A DNA stretch of 63,844 nucleotides, filler included, from Nemertoderma westbladi (Eukaryota > Animalia > Xenacoelomorpha), in NCBI GenBank assembly GCA_032718475.1. It is 4 parts of 4 records of this genome, joined end to end, with 100 filler letters (N's around TTAATTAATTAA, not from the genome) between each part and the next. Parts side by side here need not be neighbours in the genome. Positions count along the whole stretch, not along the records: positions 58,288 to 63,844 come from JAUCBJ010004640.1; 3 more parts are not named here. One strand, written 5' to 3'. This document shows, piece after piece, positions 58,288 through 63,844 of the stretch (its first letter is position 1; each line of letters begins with the position of its first letter). The position numbers and the translations under genes were made by a program. Below the pieces are notes generated by a model that saw nothing but the letters and a program-made list of their open reading frames with translations, ran no database searches and had not been told where the DNA came from.

Positions 58288-59551
58288 TGGTGCCTCAATA
58301 ATCAGCCAGTCACTTGTAGAGGGCCTCTCACTGACGTGGCGCATTGAGAAGGGGCAATTACATAACTCAGGCCGTATTCCCTATGTGATACCCACAAGTT
58401 CTCGACTATGGTTATCTTCTCAAAAGCACGATTCATATACTCATCCTTTAACTGTGATAACCACAAAGTGATAAAACTGTTGAGCCATATGCAGGTAGAA
58501 CATCTTGGGGGAGCCGGCAAGTGACAGCGGGATACTTACTGTAAGAATCTTCAGGATACATTACACTGACTGACATACTGACTGACATACTGACTGATAA
58601 TTATCTAGGTTAAGGCACTTCCTGCCTGGCGATTTTGATGAAATTTTGCAAGTACATTGCTTTGGTGGTTCATAATTGCGTTACAAAATTTCAGATCGAT
58701 TCTATGTGTGGTATTCGATATATTTAGTTTTTTGACATTGTTTTGTCGCGAAATTAAAAGCAATGGTAAAATAACAGCTGGTGTTCATGATGAAATATGG
58801 CTTAATTTGTTATACACAGTCATAGAAAAACGTGTTGGTTGCCAAGTTTTACTAGTAGGCTATAAGGAAAGACAATGTTTACTCACACATAAGCTGTTGG
58901 TTTCTAATGTATTACCCCATAAGCTGATTGCTCTCCCAGTGCTTCCTAAGGGTATATCTACAATAAGGTTACTCACTCTGCTATGTTAGGGGGTGGATCA
59001 GGAGAATTAATTTTAGTTACACAAAGCAGTGTGTTGTGTCCTATTGCAGTCGATACTCACTGTGGATTGCAAAATGTTTTATAGTTGACCTACACTATAA
59101 TACAGTACTTGCATGTATTTAAGGAGCCCGCTCTGGCCTACCGCCTAAGGAGTACCTATATTACATATTCACATAGAATTCACTGGGAAGAGATATTCCG
59201 CTTGACGACGGGGTAATACCTATAGAAGGAAACTAAATTTGTTATTTGGCTCTATTCGTTGTTATTTATCTGGTTGTGCATCATGGGCATTTTTTATAAA
59301 TATTCGGTAATCGCATCTTATATCTTGTAAACGTTCTTGATAATGAAATTATTTGCTTCATATTATATTTTTGTTAGTGGTAGCTAAGTTGCATTTTTTA
59401 TTATGTGGGGCGAGCCACAAAGTCAGCTAGCCTCACGCCTTGCAGTTTAGACAATTTTAGTTTACTTACTGCTGACTGACATAGTTCTTTGTAATAGTCT
59501 TGGCTAGGATTTTTACCTCGGGCTCCTTCCAGCCAGCTTGCTGGCTTTCTA

Positions 59552-60658
59552 GCAAGTGTGACCCAGCAAGAGTGACCCATCACGTGTGACCCAGCAAGGG
59601 TGACCCATCAAGTGTGAACAAACAAGGGTGACCCATAAAGTGTGAACAAACAAGGGGGTGACCCATCAAGTGTGACCCAGCAATGGAGACCCATTAAGTG
59701 CGACCTATCAAGTGTGACCCAGCAAGTGTGAACCATGAAGTGTGACCCAGAAGGGTGACACATCAAGTGTAACACAGCAAGGGTGACCCATCGAATATGA
59801 CCCAGCAAGGGTAACCCATAAATTGTGACCCAGCAAGTGCGACCCATCAAGGGTGCCCAACAAGTCTGACCCAGCAAGGGTCATCCATCATGTGTGACCC
59901 ATCAAGTGTGACACAGCAAGGGTGACCCATAAATTGTGACCCAGCAAGTGTGACCCATCAAGGGTGACCCAACAAGTGTGACCCAGCAACCGTGACCCAT
60001 CAAGTGTGAACCATCAAGTGTGACCCAGCAAGGGAGATCCAGCAAGGGTGACCCAGCAAGGGTGACCCATCAAGGGTGACCCAGGACGGATGACCCATCA
60101 ATAATGACCCAGCAAGGGTGACCCATAAATTGTGACCCAGCAAGTGTGACCCATCAAGGCTGACCCAACAAGTGAGACCAAGCAAGGGTGACCCATAAAT
60201 TGTGACCCAGCAAGTGTGACCCATCAAGGGTGACCCAACAAGTTTGACCCAGCAAGGGTGACCCATCAAGTATAACCCAGCAAGGGTGACCCATAAATTG
60301 TGACCCAGCAAGGGTGACACCGCAAGATTGATCCATCAAGTATGACACAGCAAGGGTGACCCATCAAGTGTGGCACAGCAAGTGTGACCCAGCAAGGGTG
60401 ACCCATCAAGTGTGACCCAGCAAGGGTGACCCATCAAGTGTGAACCATCAAGTGTAACCCAGCAAGGGAGATCCAGCAAGGGTGACCCAGAAAGGGTGAC
60501 TCATCAAGGGTGACCCATCAAGTGTGACCCAGCAAGGGTGACCCATCAAGTGTGACCCAGCAAGGGTGAGCCTGCAAGGGTGATCCAGCACATGTGACCC
60601 ATTAAGGGTGACCCAGCATGAGTGACCCATCAATTGTAACCCAGCAAGAGTGACCCAA
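59552..60658. repeat. Degenerate 14-bp satellite
   Basis: gtgacccagcaagg / gtgacccatcaagt. Confidence 0.92.
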
Positions 60659-61061
60659 TTTTATACTCTTATACTTTTTATAAAAGTCACTAATTCAAAT
60701 AATTCCGTTCTCATTTTAAAATGAGTACACCATTAATTCGGAAAATCTTGCAATTTTGTACTCATATTTTTATAAGTCACTAATAGCCATAGCAGTGCAG
60801 AAACATTATGTACCTTCGTTATCATATGCTTAATGCTATCACAGAAACCATATTATTTCAAGGTATTGGGTCGTCGAAGGTACGAATGGGATGAAGGTCC
60901 GAAAGTGGCCGTCTGAGTCGCTTTTTTTTCGGACCTTCGTCCTGCTCGGACCTTCGTCCGGCTCATAGAATAAAAAGGAACATCAAGGTCAGAATCAAAT
61001 GTCAGATCAAATCAAATCAAGGTCAGAAAGATCAAAAGATGGTCAAAAGGTGATTGGAAGG

Positions 61062-61706
61062 TCAAAGGATGGTATGCTTGTGCATGTGGACGACTTCTGT
61101 TACCTGGGATCATGGATCCGGAAGTCCGGTTAGGACCTTGGAATACGTAAGGGAAAGGCATGGGCAGCCTTGAATAGGCTTTGCAGGATTTGGAAGTCAC
61201 CGAGAATTAATCGGACACTTAAGGTCCGATTATTTAGAGCAGCAGTAGTTCCAGTACTCCTCTACGGGAGTCCATGCTGGGTTCTAACTGCTGAGGACAC
61301 AAAATCTCTGGATGGCACATTCACAAGAATGCTACGCCGGGTTCATTGTGTCAAGTACAATGCACACATCTCCAACCAGACACTATATAACATTGGAGGC
61401 GTCTCATTGGTTCCCCCAAGCTTGACACTAGAACAAAATCGCCTCCGCTTTGCAGGACATTGTTTTCGCCGTGAGGACCAGCCAGTGCATAATCTTGTAC
61501 TTTGGCAGCCTGATGGAGTGAATAAGCATGGTGGACAGCCCATGACCTTCTTGAGACGCATCTTAAATGACACTGGCCTTGAAGATGCGGATGATCTAGC
61601 AAATGTCATGGGTGATAGGGAGTTGTGCCGGCGCAATTTTGTCGACAAGCCGGTACAGCATTCTTAAAAATGCAGCGGCAATGCAGCATGCCGGTCCTAG
61701 TAGTAG
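61062..61706 (+). mobile_element. 5'-truncated RTE LINE 3' end
   Basis: ORF 61170-61667 nearly identical to 37727-38158; (TAG)3 tail. Confidence 0.88.
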
Positions 61707-62229
61707 CTACGGCCAAGAACTGTACTTTATAGAAGACAACGTTTGCTTGGGCCAATGGTAACAAACATTAGTTGTCTATCATCCCATGACGAAGGTCCGA
61801 AATAATGTGGAAATCTTTCTCACACCGTCATGTGAATTCTAACGAACATGATTTATAAAACTCACATATTGGCAAACGTATTAACAAATTCATTCTGAGC
61901 TACATGTAATTTTAATTTAAAAGCGCTGCTTGGATAAGCTCGGTCTTGGACTTGCTCAATCATAGCCTAAACTGTATGTGACACTGTATTAACGATGTGC
62001 AAAGAAACTTGCGAGATTCTATGTTTAAATCAATTTTTCACCGACTTTCTCCAGATAAACAGTTATATCTAAAACAGCGTCAAATATTTAACTTATTCTA
62101 TCTTATAACGTTGGTAATAAATTTAATGGAGTAGGCCGACGGACAATTACGACCCGGACTATTATAACTTAACGTTAGGGGACCTTCCATATATTACGAA
62201 CACATGTTTGTACACCCAGATATGCATAT

Positions 62230-63844
62230 GATAGACTGACTCTGACCATGTTCCAGTATGTTCAAGATTTTATCTACAACTATCAAGAGGTGTAATGGAT
62301 GAAAATAAAAATAATAGATGGAAGAAGCTGAGGAATCATATCTTGCTGTTTGACAGAGCAACCTCTGAGCAGAAAAGGAGCTACCAAGATGAGATCATTT
62401 GAGCAATTGAGTCACACGATGTTACTCCAAGAAATACGGTAGAAGAAAGTACACATGACAGAGCTAAGTTTATGGTCCAGGGACTATTTGATGCAGCAAA
62501 ACAACACATACCACACGTGTATCCAAGGAAACATTCAGAATGGAAAATAAAGTTTTGGCGCCAGGAAAAAGGCTATGAATGGGGAGGAAATTCCAGCAAG
62601 GATCTGGCAACATTCAATCAATAAACTCCTACGACAAAGGGTAGGCAAGGTGGAGACTAGAACAAAGAAGGACTGTCAGTTACTTGGAGCATCATACATA
62701 TTGGCAAAATGTGAGATACTTGGCAGCAGATTGTAGATCCAATAGAAATAAATTTTGGAGGACCCCGAAGAAGGAAAGCAGGGGGACGATGACAGGTGTT
62801 CATAGAGATGAAATCTTCTCAGATTATCAGAAAATATTCTCCTGAAAACTTAACAAGGATATGGACTGATGGATGGAGTTGCGGCCTCAAGACGGTTGCA
62901 GTGCCAAATCCTTCTCTGGAGCAGATGTTGCCTCAGCAATAAATAAACTAAACAAAGGGAAAGCGGCAAACAGTCACTCACTTAGTGCAGAATATCTGCA
63001 GTACGGACAATCAGAGACTCTCAACACCTATCTAGCAAACCTATTCAGCACCATGATAGCCACAAAGACCTTCCCAGACTATTTATGCACAAGTCTTCGA
63101 TTCCTCTGCTTAAAGGGGGAGATAGAGATGTCCATAAGACGTCAAGCTATCGAGGGATTTCCATAATTTCAGTGCTCGCAAAAACTTGGGAAATTCTGGT
63201 GTTTGAGGATATTAAGAATATCAAGACTCACGACCTACAGATGGGTTACAAGGATAAGCTGAGCACGGAAACGTCCTACACTCTCGCCTCTCAGTTGATT
63301 CGCCATTTTAATAACGGTGGTTCAAATGTCTATATAGTATCCTTGGACCTAACATTGTCTCCAATTCTTTTTAACATATATCTCATGGAGTTATTTGGAA
63401 ATCTTCAATCGTCAGGATTGGGACTGTATTTTAAAGATGGTAATTATGGAATATTAGGATACGCGGATGACCTACTGTTAATGGCTAACATGAAAGGTGA
63501 GCTACAAATGATGCTACATAAATGCGAGCAATTCCTTCTGTCACACAGTCTAATATTAAACCTCACCAAGACACACTTCGTGGTTTGCTCACGTACATCA
63601 TGCCGAGATTCAAACAATGACCTATATTTAACAACAACAGATGGTACTGAACTATTGTCAACCACAAGGTGCAAGTACCTTGGTCTACCCCTGCCTGCCC
63701 TCGACCAACACATCAGAGACCACTTTACTCAAAGGATATGGATGAACTGCTCCAGAATTAATTCTAGAGGACTGGCAACTAATGATGTTCCAATCTATGT
63801 CACAGTTCTTATCTGGAGAACGATTTGTACTCCTTCTATCACGT
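62230..63844 (+). mobile_element. Decayed non-LTR retrotransposon of a different family (endonuclease end plus RT), runs off the window
   Basis: SDHVPV; LNKGKAA..LSAEYL; YRGISIISVLAK; QMGYK; LSPILFNIY; GYADDLLL; frameshifts and an internal deletion. Confidence 0.8.

Noticed and set aside
3345-60658. CRISPR-like appearance of regular repeats
   Set aside because: Units are head-to-tail with no unique spacers, there are no cas genes, and the context is eukaryotic.

Overview
Animal (invertebrate-like, AT-rich, spliceosomal-intron) genomic DNA made of four pieces joined by artificial N-TTAATTAATTAA-N spacers (20539-20638, 44410-44509, 58188-58287), so adjacency across these spacers is not biological. 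Piece 1 holds 13 minus-strand exons of an axonemal dynein heavy chain (DNAH6-like, AAA2-AAA4) and an intronless RNF8-like RING ORF. Three of the dynein introns begin with tandem arrays built from the exon's own 3' end plus its 5' splice site (about 112 x 54 bp, about 27 x 36 bp, 6 x 32 bp). Piece 2 holds a tandem pair of Roco genes (putative APAF-1-like winged helix, Roc GTPase, COR, 3 CARDs; and a disrupted Roc-COR-2 CARD copy), a nested BEL/Pao + RTE locus showing filled, solo-LTR and empty versions of one insertion site, a pogo-type transposon, and an LTR element with a zinc-knuckle ORF next to its 3' LTR. Piece 3 holds a second copy of that LTR end, a Sola2-like non-autonomous element, large minisatellites and an intronless PARP16-like gene. 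Piece 4 holds a satellite and LINE remnants. Most long ORFs in the supplied track are translations of tandem repeats. All family assignments come from motif recognition by eye; no database search was run.
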